Shown: positions 1-12,700, counted from the stretch's first letter. The stretch: DNA of 64,000 nt from Eimeria praecox (GCA_963920595.1 OY986946.1:1178001-1242000); one strand, 5' to 3'. The notes: a model not told the origin generated them from the sequence alone. Numbers and translations: made by a program.

Positions 1-396
1 CTCCCACATCCGCTACACACAGAAAGGGAGTCGTGCCAGTCAGCAGCGCATGACTACACGGACCGCCTTGTTATCTTTTTCGTTCGATGGGAGCAAGAAA
101 AACTTATGTACGCGCTGCCTTCTGAATGGAATCAGTGCGGGGTTGATGAGGCAGACAGTATAGTTACCACTGCGCCTTTCTTTTTTTACCGCCAGGCGGC
201 AAATGACGTTTGCATGCAAGGCATTGCGTGGGGAGCGTGCGGTGCTTTGACACAGGAAGCTCCAGTCTTTTTCGTTAGTACCGCTTGTCAGGGTTGCTTA
301 GGGTGCAAATACCCACACACTGGCCTGTTCGTTGTCTTCAAAGCGCCCGAAGGAAGTTGCAGTTAAGCGGAAGGACTGTTTGAGGGACGGATGGGT

Positions 397-3300
397 TTAA
401 GCAGTGACTTGCACTGGCAGGTAGGCGTCGGTAACGGCTGTATGAGTTGAATGCCCAGCTTGGGGTGCGCCTCTACGCGCTTTTATTCTGCTTATCGTCA
501 GGACTTTGGCTCGTCGTGCGTACTTCTTGGCTACAGCCAGAGTGCTTATCATGCAACGGTCATTCATGCGAGACGGCGATCGGCCCCGAAGACCCAAGGC
601 GAGGGACGCCTTCTCCGAAATATCTTCTTCCCTCATTCCGAATTCCGGGAAAATGCGTGTAATTTGCGGAAAGCATTGTGGAATGCGGGCGAACAGCAAG
701 CCAATGAAGCCGATAAGGATGCTCAAGAACCACTGCTCCAATGTAAGGCCCTGAGAATAACAGGCAACTACCTCCCAAGCCGGCAGCGTCCAAAGCACGG
801 AATATGGATACAAGCTCTTCAGTTGTGCGGGTAGGGGCTGAGATGCATGCATGCTACAGCACAAGCATGCTTGCACCTCGATTCTCCGTATTCGTAGATT
901 TCCAACTGCTATTTACCAAATATTTACACGTTAGCAACACTAATACGTGCATCGCTGAAAATGTCAAATTCTTACACTATATAGGAGTGTTGTATACCAT
1001 ACTACTGGGTATGAAGTATCGTATGCATCCCAGTAAATCTTGGAGGGAGTCGGGCTTGGGGAGACCTGTGCGGCTTACCTCACGGTGACAGCCCAGCATA
1101 GGGCCGCCGTACTCCACCATCAAGACTTGTGAGCAGAGAATAAAGAGCCAAATGAAGAACCCCAAAGGGTTGCTTGTCATCTTGACAAAAAGTCGAGGCA
1201 AAGACATTTTTTTGGCGAAATCCTCTTCGACGTCCCTGGCGTTGATCATGTTAAACAGCTGCATGAGCACGAATGTGTTGAATACAAATGTCAGGTGTCG
1301 GGATGGCCCAATAATTCCTATCCAACGCTCCTCGTAGTCTTCGTCCGTGGAGAACAATTTGAACCTTCTGCCAGATCTCATGAGGCTTCCTTGCCCTGCA
1401 ACAAAACAGGAAAGCACAACGGATATACGTTGCTTCACTCTTGTTGGTCTCCTGAAATCTGCTCTAATTTATAATGTGGCCTTGCCATAACCCAGGAATT
1501 CAGAAGCATAAATGCGGCATGAACTCTTGGACGCACCTGTCATGGGGTCGCAGTCTGAGAATTCACAGAAGTCATTGTTGGATCTATCTGCTGGCAAAAG
1601 GTACCCCCATTCCTTTTCAGGGAGAAAGCAGTCTCCAAAGAAGATGAGTGCCATCATGACAACGAGTTGGTACACTGCAGACGTTGTGATGGTGAGCGCC
1701 ATAGACCGCGAAATAAGCGACTGATGCCTGTGGTGCGGTTTCTCTTTAAGAAGATCGGGTGTTGGCATCTCCGTGGCCAGAGCGAGGGAGCCGAAGCTGT
1801 CCATGATGAGGTTGACCCACAGCATCTGCACGGCGGTCAAGGGGGAGTCCCGCAACAGAGCTGCACAGACAATCGTCGTGATCACGGCCACCACATTAAC
1901 GGTGAGCTGGAACTGCAGAAAGCGTTGGATGTTGCTGTAGACATTCCTTCCCCACTTCACGGCCTGCACAATGCACTGGAAGTTGTCGTCTAGCATGACA
2001 ATATCAGCTGCCTGCTTAGCCACTTCTTTGCCTGTAATGCCCATCGCCAGCCCGACGTCTGCTTTCTTCAGCGCAGGTGCATCGTTGGTGCCGTCCCCCG
2101 TGACAGCTACTACCTGGCCTAGCTGTTTCAATGCTGTGACTAAAACGTATTTGTCAGACGGTTGGGACCTCGCCAAGACTTGAAGACGCTTCCAGATGCG
2201 CTCAAAAGCATCCATGTTCCCGATAACATCCACTCGGAGGTTCTTTCCCTCGGCCTCGGCTGTCTTCGCGTCCGTAGCGCAGCCGCACATAGCAGTTCGG
2301 CAATTCTGGCAGACGACGCCGCCGACGAGTTCTGTGAAGTCGGGACCCAGCATTGCCATGTCTCCCCTTTCTTCGCTGAAGATATGGCACTTTTTTGCAA
2401 TTGCTTTTGCGGTGATCAGATTATCCCCCGTCACCATTCTCACGTTGATGCCTGCTTGGTGACACCTCTCCACGGCTCCCGGAACTTCGTCTCTCACAGG
2501 ATCCTGAATGCCAAATATGCCCAGGCATATAAGGCCTTGTTCGGCTACTAGAAACAACTGCTTCGGGGCAGGCTGCTTCTCCTTCCAGTCGGGCACCTCG
2601 CTCACGTCGAATTCACGATAGGCAATGCAGATTGTCCTGAGGGCCTCACGGGCCATCCCGTCGATGATGCGGTCTTCAACCTCCGTTTTCTGCTCTGGCT
2701 GTAACTTTTGGATCTGGCCGCTGGCAGTCATCACGCTGTTGCACAACTGAAGGACCCTCTCCGCGGCACCTTTTACATACACCCGCATACGCGACCCCCC
2801 ACAGTCTTCCCGGTGAACGACAGTTGTCATCATTTTACGGTCGCTAGAAAACTCTTCCCGGTGCGCAATGAGGGGATCAGATCCCTTTAAGCGCCGCGTC
2901 TCTGCGTAATCTCCCCCGCAGATAAAGTCATTGTATTCCAATAATGCGCATTCTGTCGCAGATCCCACGTACTTCACTGTGTAGCGAGCTGTTTGCTGGC
3001 CATTATTTACCGTCATAGTCTCCATTTTCTCAAGGAATGCTGTCGAGTTTAAAGCTATGCTTTCGGAAACGAGCTCCCACTTCTCCGTCCGTTCATTGAA
3101 GCCGGCAACACCAGTTGTGTCTGGACCGGCAAAGGAGGCGGAAGGAATGTGAACAATTTCGGATCCGTCCCAAAATTCAACGGCGCTCATTTGGTTCCTT
3201 GTCAGAGTACCCGTCTTGTCTGAGCACACTTCATTGGCAGATCCCATGGTTTCGCACGCTCCCAAACGCCGCACGTAGTTCTGGTCAGCAAGCATTTGCC

Positions 3301-5500
3301 CTATGGAATACGCCAGAGATATGGTGACCGCCAAAGGCAGTCCCTCAGGCACAGCAACCACAAGGACCGTTATGGCAGTGACAAAGAAATGCACGTGGCT
3401 GCTGACGATCCCCAGAAGCGGCGGGCGCTGATCAACCTCCGTGTATGCATAAATAATCCAATACTCCAATACAAGGATAAAGAAGGCAATAATGGAGCAT
3501 ATTAGCCCGAAATTGCCTATGTCTCCAGCAAGGGCATTCAACTTTAGCTGTAGTGGCGTCGCTTCTGTGTCGAAGGAAAGTTTCTGATACAGCTGCCCAG
3601 CTTGCGAATGAGGGCCAACCGCTATGACGATCGCAGTACCGCTCCCGCTATTCACAGTTGTTCCAGAAAGAACAACGGGAGAAGAGATGAAGTGATGCTG
3701 CATCGACCTGGGGCTTCGCGTGCTGCCGTCTACAAGCTGCGCCATGCAGTCCTCGTAGGTGTCTTTCTTTATCATTTCAGATTCCCCTGTCAACGAGGAC
3801 TCGTCCATACGTAGCCCACGACACGAAATCACTAAGCAGTCTGCTGGCAGTTCATCTCCCGCTTCAAACTGCAGCAGGTCGCCCAGCACAAGGTCAAACA
3901 CGGAAACTTGTGTAGGACAGCCGTCTCGCAACACGGTGCAGTATTTGTCGTCTTTTACCGCGGAGAGCTGACGGAACTGTTGTTCTTTGAGCCAGTCATT
4001 GCCAGCTGTGACAAGCACGACGACCAACACGGCCACCCAAATCGCGGCGCCTTCCATCCACTCAACTTGGGGGTTTTCGCCAAAAAGTTGGGAAAGAATA
4101 ATAGAAGCCAACCCGCAAACCATGAGAATCTGCAGGGTATTGTCAGAAGCGGCGTCAATACAAAGGGAAAGGAAAGAAGCTGAGGCACGGGAGGGAAGTC
4201 GGTTCACGCCAAATAAGTGGCGGCGCTGTTCAATATCTTGCTGATCTGAGAGTCCCATGGATCGAGAGACGTGTAGCATGTGGGCGACTCCGTCTCCTCC
4301 TCCCATGTTCTTGAGAAGGGTGAGGTCTTCGCATTGTTGGCGAGTGACATAGGCTTTGACAAGGCCAGTTAGCTGGCCCGTGATCTCGTTCGCCTGTTCA
4401 ATAGATATGTGATCCAGGAGACCCTCTTCAACTGTGGCCAACGATTCCTCCATTAAAGAGCCTCTGCGGCTGCTGAGTCGGCGGGAGTAGTACGTGCGAC
4501 TCAGTCGGGGGTCAAGTTCTTTCCTCTCCTCGTAGCTGTCCACTGCACAGCACAGCCTTCCCAGCAGCAGGACAGCCATGCCCACCCACAGGGTAGCCCC
4601 AACGGAGCCACACATTCCCAGAGAACAAACGAATATAGCCACTATTGAAGCCAATTCGCTGATGCGCCACACTTGCGGGCCGGAGGTCTTCATGAGTTTG
4701 TTGGTCGCCAAACTTTTGAAAAAGGGAATAGTCCCCGCGGCCACCCAACAGCCCAAAATAAGCCATTCCTGTTTATCAAGAGAAATCAGCTTCGCCACAG
4801 GTATCAACGATGGCTGCTCTTGCGCTAGCCATATGACCAGCGGCAGCACGAACAACCCCGTGACGCTACATGCCGCTGTCAGTGAGCCTTCGTCTGCGCC
4901 ATTCATGTGCAGAGCCCTGGGCAAGTATGCCCCACGGTATAGTGCAGAGGTAATAGCCAATAAAATGCAGTAGTAGAAATCAAGGTAGCCAAGAGAGAAG
5001 AGACAGGAAAACCCCAAGAGACCCACCGCCCACCACCGCAGAGCAGTGTAAGCAGTGTTGCATCCTGCCGACCTGAACAAGTGATGGAATGCAACCAAGA
5101 GCCCTGAAGCAACCGGAAGAGCCGCTGGATGAAGTATCGCTGATATCGTGATATTAGATACTGCATGAAATGCACAGTAAGCCAAGGAATACGGCAGGAG
5201 CTGCACAAACCATTTGAACCCCAACAACTTCACACGAGGAAAGATGGAAGCCCGAGGGAAGGAGACACCCAACTCCCCCACTATAGAAGCACTGATCAAC
5301 AGCTGCAGTAGCTGCCACCACGTCAGATACAGTGGTGTTGGGAAGTATGTAAGAATGCAGAAAGATACGAGCACCTGCGATACTGTGAGGGCTACAGAGG
5401 CAGTTAAGAGGAAGATCTCCTGCGGCGACCACGTGAACTCCTTAAATACCCCGCCTAAACTTCCAAGGAAGCTGCCCAGTGGGCTCGCCGATTCCGTCAT
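397..5500 (-). CDS. PMCA-type (P2B) Ca2+-transporting P-type ATPase with fused N-terminal multi-TM transporter-like domain; 3 exons 5500-1537, 1395-1079, 750-397 (~1544 aa)
   Basis: Motifs DESSLTGES, VPEGLPLAV, CSDKTGTLT (phospho-Asp), KGAAE, MVTGDN, TGDGTNDAPALKKADVG, QMLWVNLIMDS, and FNTFVLMQLFNMINAR in exon 2. Introns GTGCGT..TGCAG and GTAAGC..CTCAG keep frame. Confidence 0.95.
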
Positions 5501-6074
5501 TATGGGTTCATGCTCACTTCACTGCGATACCTGTAGGCGCTGTTGGAGGGAGCCCCCCTGGGAGGCAAACTGGTCCAGATTATTGAAGATGTCTACGTGT
5601 AGTTTGCCCAGGAAATTCTTCTCTCTTAGCTAGAAGCTTCTGGTATCGTGTTAGCAGCCGACAATAGATGCGGCAATGCTGCGATGGAAGCGGAGTTCCA
5701 CAGGCCCTGCGGCGCACCGCCAGGGTGAAGAACAAAACGGACCGTGCCAGAAAAAGAAATTCTCCCATACACACGAAAAGGAGCCCCGTAGATAAATTTT
5801 TAAGCCTCCTTCCGTCATGTAAGGCCTCCTTGGGACGCCAGAAAGAAGAAAGCGAGCACTCAGTACTTCGCGTCGGCCCCAAGGTGCCCGTCTTACCTGC
5901 AGCCTGCCAAACCCTGGGGAACGAATGCTCTAAGATATTTCCTCTCTGTCAGGAAGTATGCATGCAATGTTAAATCGTAAGGAATGCTGTCTTCAGCAGC
6001 CCGTTTGGTCGGCGCGGCCGCCGCCGACACGGGCTGGGGCGATGAGTGGCTCCTGGGAGGTCCACTGCGGGCGG

Positions 6075-6274
6075 NNNNNNNNNNNNNNNNNNNNNNNNNN
6101 NNNNNNNNNNNNNNNNNNNNNNNNNNNNNNNNNNNNNNNNNNNNNNNNNNNNNNNNNNNNNNNNNNNNNNNNNNNNNNNNNNNNNNNNNNNNNNNNNNNN
6201 NNNNNNNNNNNNNNNNNNNNNNNNNNNNNNNNNNNNNNNNNNNNNNNNNNNNNNNNNNNNNNNNNNNNNNNNNN
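6075..6274. other. Assembly gap (200 N)
   Basis: N run. Confidence 1.
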
Positions 6275-7489
6275 GAGGTCCACTGCGGGCGGCGGCCATA
6301 CTCTGAGTTGCGGTGCCTAGACACTGCGTTCACGGATGAAGTCTCTTCCATTCAAAAGTCGAGGAAAAGTCACTGGTATAACTAACTGTAGATCCTAGGA
6401 ATTAGTTGGACAGCCTCGCCGCCGCAGCAGACCGTTGGGGCCTGCGTTGCAATGTCACCCGGTCAGCATTTGCACGCCTTCTGTAGCGGGGCTTCTGCTC
6501 GTACTCATATTGCTCCAAATTTCCACAAATGCAGGATTTTTAGTTTTTTTTGTGAACAAATATCTGTCCCTTAAGCGGTTCATTCGGCAATTCGTCCATC
6601 TCGTTCTCGCACTGACCACCTGCTACCGTGCCCTGAGGCATAACGAGTTCCGGCTCATCAAGTGCCTCAGTGTGTGAAGGTAAAGCAAAGTACGCCTGTA
6701 TGATGAAGCCCGTAGGTCAACGCGCCTTCTTAATTCATACAGATTTTGTCTGTGCTTCTGAAATTGAATCTTTTTGGTCAAGTTTCATTGCTATCGGCGC
6801 CTACCAAGGCCCCGAAAGTCCCAAAAAACTTTCTAAGGCCTCTCCTGAATACCTCAACTTAGAGATATTACGAAACATTATATTCACTTGCAACTTCTGA
6901 CCACCCTGCAGATCCTGTAGTACTGAGGCCGCTGTCTGATGCTGCCGGCGTTCAACTCTGTCCTGCAGACTCATCCCCCTTACGGGCACATGCTGAAGCT
7001 GGCATGTATATTTCTATTTGCGTGCATGCTGGCTACTGGAGGCCAAGCAAGTGTTTAATAACTACCTTCAGTATTAGTGCGTAAAGTACAGGGGGGAGTG
7101 GTTTTGCTTGCATGCCTGGCAACAAGAGTTGAAGAGAGCAGTGTTGCAGCTAACCGCACGCCTTCCCTTTCCCTACCAGACCCAAATCCTTGGGATGCTG
7201 TACCCAGGACGCATGGGAGCTGGAAGGAAGGTCAGCTGCTTTGTGGGTAACTATTATCCTATGTATTTGGCGTTATTGGTACTCGAAACGCATTTCTAGG
7301 ACACGTCACATTTGGCAGCACCAGGGAGTCTACGCGTGCATATGCCACCAGATAGCCCCAGCCTCATTAATGAGGGGCCTGGAGCACAACACCAATTAGT
7401 TATGTAGGCAATTCGCCTTCAAAGTAAGGGTTACAGACAATATTTTTTATTGCCCCCCAAAATAGTTGGCGAAGCGCCAGTCACTCTCT

Positions 7490-8340
7490 CCCCTAGTATA
7501 ATGGGGATTAATCACAATCTGCTCTCCGGCGGGGAGGCAACAAACGGGTGCGCGTCTTCTGGCATTGAATCAAATGGAGAATCTACATCCCATCCAGTGG
7601 AAAATGTCTTCTCCGCAGAAACAGCTCATGAACGATGACTCCACTTTTGCCGACCGTCTGACTGGCGCAGCGGCATAAGAGCAGTGGATGATCTCCTTGC
7701 TTCTCTGAAGCAACACTGTCGCTTTTAGATTGTGTCGAAGGAGGTGCAGTTTCTGTCAAGATCGTCGTCATTAGAAGGATGCCTTCCCTTCTAATGGCGG
7801 TCATATCAAGCTAAGGTACGGGCCTTCCGAAGCGCAACAAAACCATGAAAGTTAGTTGAGAAGCGATGCGATCTAGTATTATTCGCAGACCTGCAATCGA
7901 GCAGGACATGGGAGAACTGATAATGCTTAAACAAGGGAAGGTAGCTAAAGAACAATGCACCCTAAAGTACCAGTCTTTGGTGAATGCGCATCCAACGGTG
8001 GAGTCAGATATTCTATATCGATGGCGAATTGCTAGGCTGTTCCTACGAGAGTGGCAAGCAGTAAATGGCTTGACAGCGGAGAGGGTAATAAGCAGAGAAA
8101 AAAAGTGAAACTAGCCGAGATTATGGGCTCCTAGCCGAGATTATGGGCTCCTTTCGATCGTAGGCACAAAAAGCACCGCATCTGCATCCCTATCTGAGAA
8201 AGAAGAGGGAGGCTTTGGAAATTGTACAGGTATGGTATCCATGGATTTTGGGCCTGCAAATGCTATGCTTGCTGAAAAAGAGATAAGTTGAGAAGAGATT
8301 GCCGGTAATCAGCAAGCCGGGGGGCGCGCGCCCCTTCTTT
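7490..8340 (+). mobile_element. Decayed gag fragment of a Ty3/gypsy LTR retrotransposon (second, inverted copy)
   Basis: ORF 7866-8108 reads EQDMGELIMLKQGK..KYQSLV..P..ILYRW (retrotransposon gag-like), with SMDFG near 8240. By eye it aligns colinearly with the reverse complement of ~11830-12690, including an exact CTCCGGCGGGGAG block. Contains stops and frameshifts. Confidence 0.7.
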
Positions 8341-8369
8341 TGCATCAAACGCAGTCGATGCCGCTGAGT

Positions 8370-11300
8370 CAAGGAGGGCCGTTAAATGGTATTCAGCAAT
8401 TTCTGCGCACAGGCGATCCTTCGCTTGCTTTGGCAGTTCCTGGGCGGTTTGGCGTAGTGCTTGCGCTTCTCTGGCCTCTGCGAGTCGTTTCATGAGTGCC
8501 CAGAACCTTGCCGATCTCCTCCACCTCGCCCTTATCGCTGAGGCGTTGCTGGGGTTTTGTCTTGATAGTTCTGGGGAATTTAGATGCTTCACAAAACCTT
8601 TTGAGAAAACCATCTTTGATTGCATGGTGGCTTCTTCATGTTGGAAGTAAGTCTGCGATGTACGCCAACGCACCCACCTGGGAACGAACAGCGAATGGCC
8701 GTACCTAACGCCTGCAAAGGTGCTTCGGCTGCCCTTTCTCCTGTGTGCATCGAAGAGCACGCGAATCCAATAGAACAAAGTTGCCTGCTTCGAAAATTAC
8801 TGCTGAACGTAGTTTGTGGTATTTTCTTGCATGTCGCTGCTGTGCCTTTTCCCCTGCACCCCCACGCTGCAGCAAGGTGCGTGTGGAAGGCCAAGGAGGC
8901 GCCCGTAGGGCTTGGCTTCTAGCGAGCTCTAGTGCCCTTCCAGAGGTCAGTCACTGGCAAATCCCTGTAAACCAGTAATGCAAGAGAACAATGGGCCGAA
9001 TGTTGCTCCGTTGTATTTTAAACCCATTCCGTACACAGAAGAAGGCCAAGCCGATTTGGTGGATTTTATTGAGTGCAAAAGCCTATGGTTCGCCCTTTCT
9101 GACTGGCCCCCTGCTTCCCGGTGGTCAGTGGTCATATTATGGTCCATATCAAGCAGTTTCATGAATGCATGCCAGACAGCGCGAACGAGCTTCGGATCCC
9201 TCTCAGTAATGATGGTTTTTGGAGAACTGTGGAGCTTCGAGACATAATTAATGAATAGCTGGGCCAACCCTTTTGTTGCGACTAAACTCGATCACGGGAT
9301 GAAATCGGCTTATTGGCTGAGTCCATCAACAACAACGTTGCTGGAATCGCAGCCTGTAGCTGCTGGTAAGCCCACTATGAAATCCATGGAAATATCCGTC
9401 CAGATCCATGGTGATCGGAAGGTTCGGCAAGAGCTCACGTTTGAAAGTGTTCCGCCGCCTCTGCCGCTGACCTTTCGGACAAGTGAGGAGAAGCCCCTAA
9501 GTTGACAGGCGTATCTTAGGCCATGCGAGGATATAACAACCCACTTTGCAGTTTTTCTGACACACCCATGACCCGCTATAGCATGATCGTGCATCGTGAG
9601 CAAAGCGCCTGTGCAAGGCGAAGCTGGAACGTACAGTCGGCGGAGTCCACTCTTCGTCTGGTACCACACGGGATAATTCTCCACGCTGTGGCACTTTTGC
9701 CGTCACCCGTTGCTGCGCGTAGCGAGAACTGGAGTCGCATGAGCACAATTTGGAAAGGCGCAGGGAATGAGAGCAGATATGCACAGTGGCAGAATGCAGT
9801 ACTTGACCGGTAAAGGGTCTGAAGAGTGCGTCAGTGACCACGATGGTAATACCCTTCATATACTTTACTGTAGCGTCATACTGCGCAAGCCAGCAACGCC
9901 ACTTACCTAATCTTTGATTATCGCAATCTTGAAATTCCTTCGCAGGTAAGCTAAAGAGTGCCAGGGATTCATGGTCGTTTAAAACTTCGATATGCTTGAT
10001 ATGCCTGACAATTGAGTAGTTTAGACACTTTTAAACCTCATCCAGAGCACGTAGCGCTCCTTCTATTGTAACACGCACTTATGCTCTCTTGCCGTAAAAC
10101 CGTTTTATGGAGCCATCTATTACTTGCTGATCTTAGTGCCGTTCGCCTGCTGAGGGGGCGTTGCCCCAACTGCTTTTTTGGCATTGGTAAGATTGTCGAC
10201 ACCTGGATGTGCGAGTACCAGAGACGATATCAGGTGTCTGCAGAGGATCGTGGCTGCTGCCTCTTCAGGTGCTTCCCATATAAACGGCTTCCCCTTCCCC
10301 TACAGTTCTGTAGGACGGACGGCGATGCGAGAGAATCCCTGAATGGGGTTACGGTAGTACGATGGGAGGGCGACTAACTTCTGGGAGCTCTTACTAGTTT
10401 ACAGTGGTAGCAGTCACGCCCCCTTGGCTTCTGCGATCGCTGGATCTGGTCTGACCCCTGCTGGAGAGCAGAAAACCCTCAGAAGCTAATAGTTTGCATG
10501 GAGAACGAATCCTTTGGTGCAACCATTTCTTCTCCCGTAATTGATGCAAAGCAGGCTGCAGGTGCTGCCAGTGCTTTTGCAGATTATGGCTGAACACAAA
10601 CAGCCCTTATTGGTCGGCCTTAAGCAATCGTGATTGGGCAGTCGCTGTACAGCAGGTGCATTCGCACTCCCCAAGAGCATGCAGTCCTAGTTCGCGTTTG
10701 CGCGAATGAAGTGTAGTTTTGCGCGTGTCATCGGGATGCATTGGAATCTGGAAACAACTCCTCAGCGAAGCCAGCTGCTGAGGAGACGGCTGAACCCTCC
10801 AAGTGGTCACGTAGTTCTTCTGTATGCCTCTCTCTGCCACCGGAAGCTTCTCCTTCACCATAATTTTGTTGAGGGGTTTGAAATCGACTCGCTTATGCCA
10901 CCTCCCCGTCCATTTTCGTCGTCAATACCGAATTGTGCGCAAACATGTTGGCTGACAGCTGAACCTTACCTTTTCTCAACAGATATTCTGGCTGCCGCTC
11001 GGCTTCCCCTTCAATACGTAGGAATCGCCGCTACCTTGGAAAATACTTGGGAGTGCTCCCGTAATCCCTTCGATGGGGCGTATTGAGCGTCCATCTGGAG
11101 GCCGGCCTGCTAGGAAGTTCGGGACCGCGCTGTTGAATTCACTTGAGAACGCATCCTTCAACCGTGCCCGCATCTGCTGTTTCCCGGGTGTTAACTAGAT
11201 GCAACTCCCCAAAATTTCTTTGTAGGACTGTCGCGACGGAGTGCATGCGTTCCCCACTCGCTCCCTGCAGTGCCCCTGCATTGTGTTGGAGCCTCCTCTC

Positions 11301-12700
11301 TCCTTTCTCTATGGGACACTGATTCCATTCTTCTTACAGTAGAGGATGCAGATATTGTTTAAAGCTCCGAGGGTTGCGCTTCCGCCCCGCTTCCTTACAG
11401 TCAGACTGCAACAGTAGCATCAGGAGGCCGCGTCACCGCCCTCCACTGAGTCACCCACGAAATGCTTGGGATGATGTCGTCGTGGTGAAGTGCTCCAACG
11501 TAAATGCCCCGTACAAGGAGTGCTGCCTATTTCTGAATAAAGCTCGAATAGCTGTACAGATTCTCCTATCCTGTCTGCCATCAGCGAAGTGTAGTTGCAG
11601 AGACTGACCCAATGAATAGATTTGCCGATTACCCCGCCAGGTCGTTGCTACGGATATCAGAGACACTTCGCAGCCTGTGTGAAGTCGCGCTAACAACTCC
11701 TGCCCAGTAGTGCAAAATTTAATAAGCACTCAGCTGGCTCGAGGAAGATATACAGGTGCGGCAGCCATATCTTCGGTTCCAGTAAGTGCTCCTCACGTTA
11801 AGTAAGGGCCAAGGCGCGTCCTTGTGTGCATTGCCTACTTGCCTGGAGACGCTTCTCGAGGGTTCCTTCTCCGATTCCTTGGCTGCCTTCATGCCCATGC
11901 AACACCAAATTTTGTGACCTTGTTTGTTCCACAGGAAGCAGATGCATGGCTGGCGAGCACACCTCCAATATCTATCCGCTCTATATTGGTTATTTCTAAA
12001 CGTCTTTTGTCCACCTCAGCTAGGGATGTGTGGTTTGCTTTTTCCTTCGCTATTTCATGTAAATACTCAAAACGCTGGCTCGTTCAAATCTTTTACCCCT
12101 TAGTTTCCTCTACACGAATCAGCTGGCTACAGGCCATCAACATCATTGGCTCACAGGAGAGCTGCCCCCACGACGGAGAATCTCCGACTTCACTGTTGGG
12201 CTTCTTTTCACCTAGGACTGATAATTTTCGATGGAATACACAATCGACAGCGTGTGTAAAATTTCTCAGTCTTAGCACAGCTCACTTGCCGATCTGGGGA
12301 TAAATCTGCATCGCAGCGCCTGCCGAAAGAGACTATTATACTCCAGAAGCAATCCGGAAATGTGGTGCCCTTCCCGAGATATGACCACTGCCGTGCGTTC
12401 CCTTCCAGCAAGGAGGATACCAGTAGTTACTGGAGCTCTTAAGGGGCACTTGAAGACGAATGAACAACTCCGTGGAAGCAAGGCGCCCCTGCACTGCTGC
12501 TATATCGCGCCTGCTGTCTTGCCTGGAAGGGTACCAAACGCGTAGATATAATTCATGAATTGCTTATGCTGCAAAGTTGTGCTGGACAGGATGCAAATAC
12601 ACCGCCTGTTTCGGTGCTGTGTGGCGCCCGGCCGCTGGCCGTCTCCCCGCCGGAGGCTACATTCTGACTAACCTCCATCATATGAGAGCAGAGCAGCTGA
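8370..12700 (-). mobile_element. Degenerate Ty3/gypsy LTR retrotransposon, gag-PR-RT-RH-IN order, pseudogenised
   Basis: Zinc-knuckle remnant CFLWNKQGHKIWCC (11940-11899). Protease ARLHTGCEVSLIS. RT FQIPMHPDDTRKT, MLLGSANAPA and FSHNLQKHWQHL. RNase H NDHESL and RWLAQYD..VKYMKG..VVTDAL. Integrase RLYVP, HDHAIAGH, WTDISMDFIVGLP, PKTIITERDPK and GQSERAN. Many stops and frameshifts. Ends approximate; no LTRs identified. Confidence 0.88.

Noticed and set aside
447..5633. Plus-strand and alternative-frame ORFs overlapping the ATPase
   Set aside because: Shadow ORFs of a GC-balanced coding region with no recognisable motifs.
6057..6292. Identical 18-mer GAGGTCCACTGCGGGCGG on both sides of the N gap, resembling a target-site duplication
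   Set aside because: Most simply an unmerged contig overlap in scaffolding.
6400..7450. Possible LTR, primer-binding site or chromodomain for the retroelements (also checked 12700-13300)
   Set aside because: No convincing direct repeat, tRNA-complementary site or chromodomain motif by eye.
8190..8372. Minus-strand ORF loosely resembling an integrase C-terminal segment
   Set aside because: The same DNA aligns better as the plus-strand gag copy.
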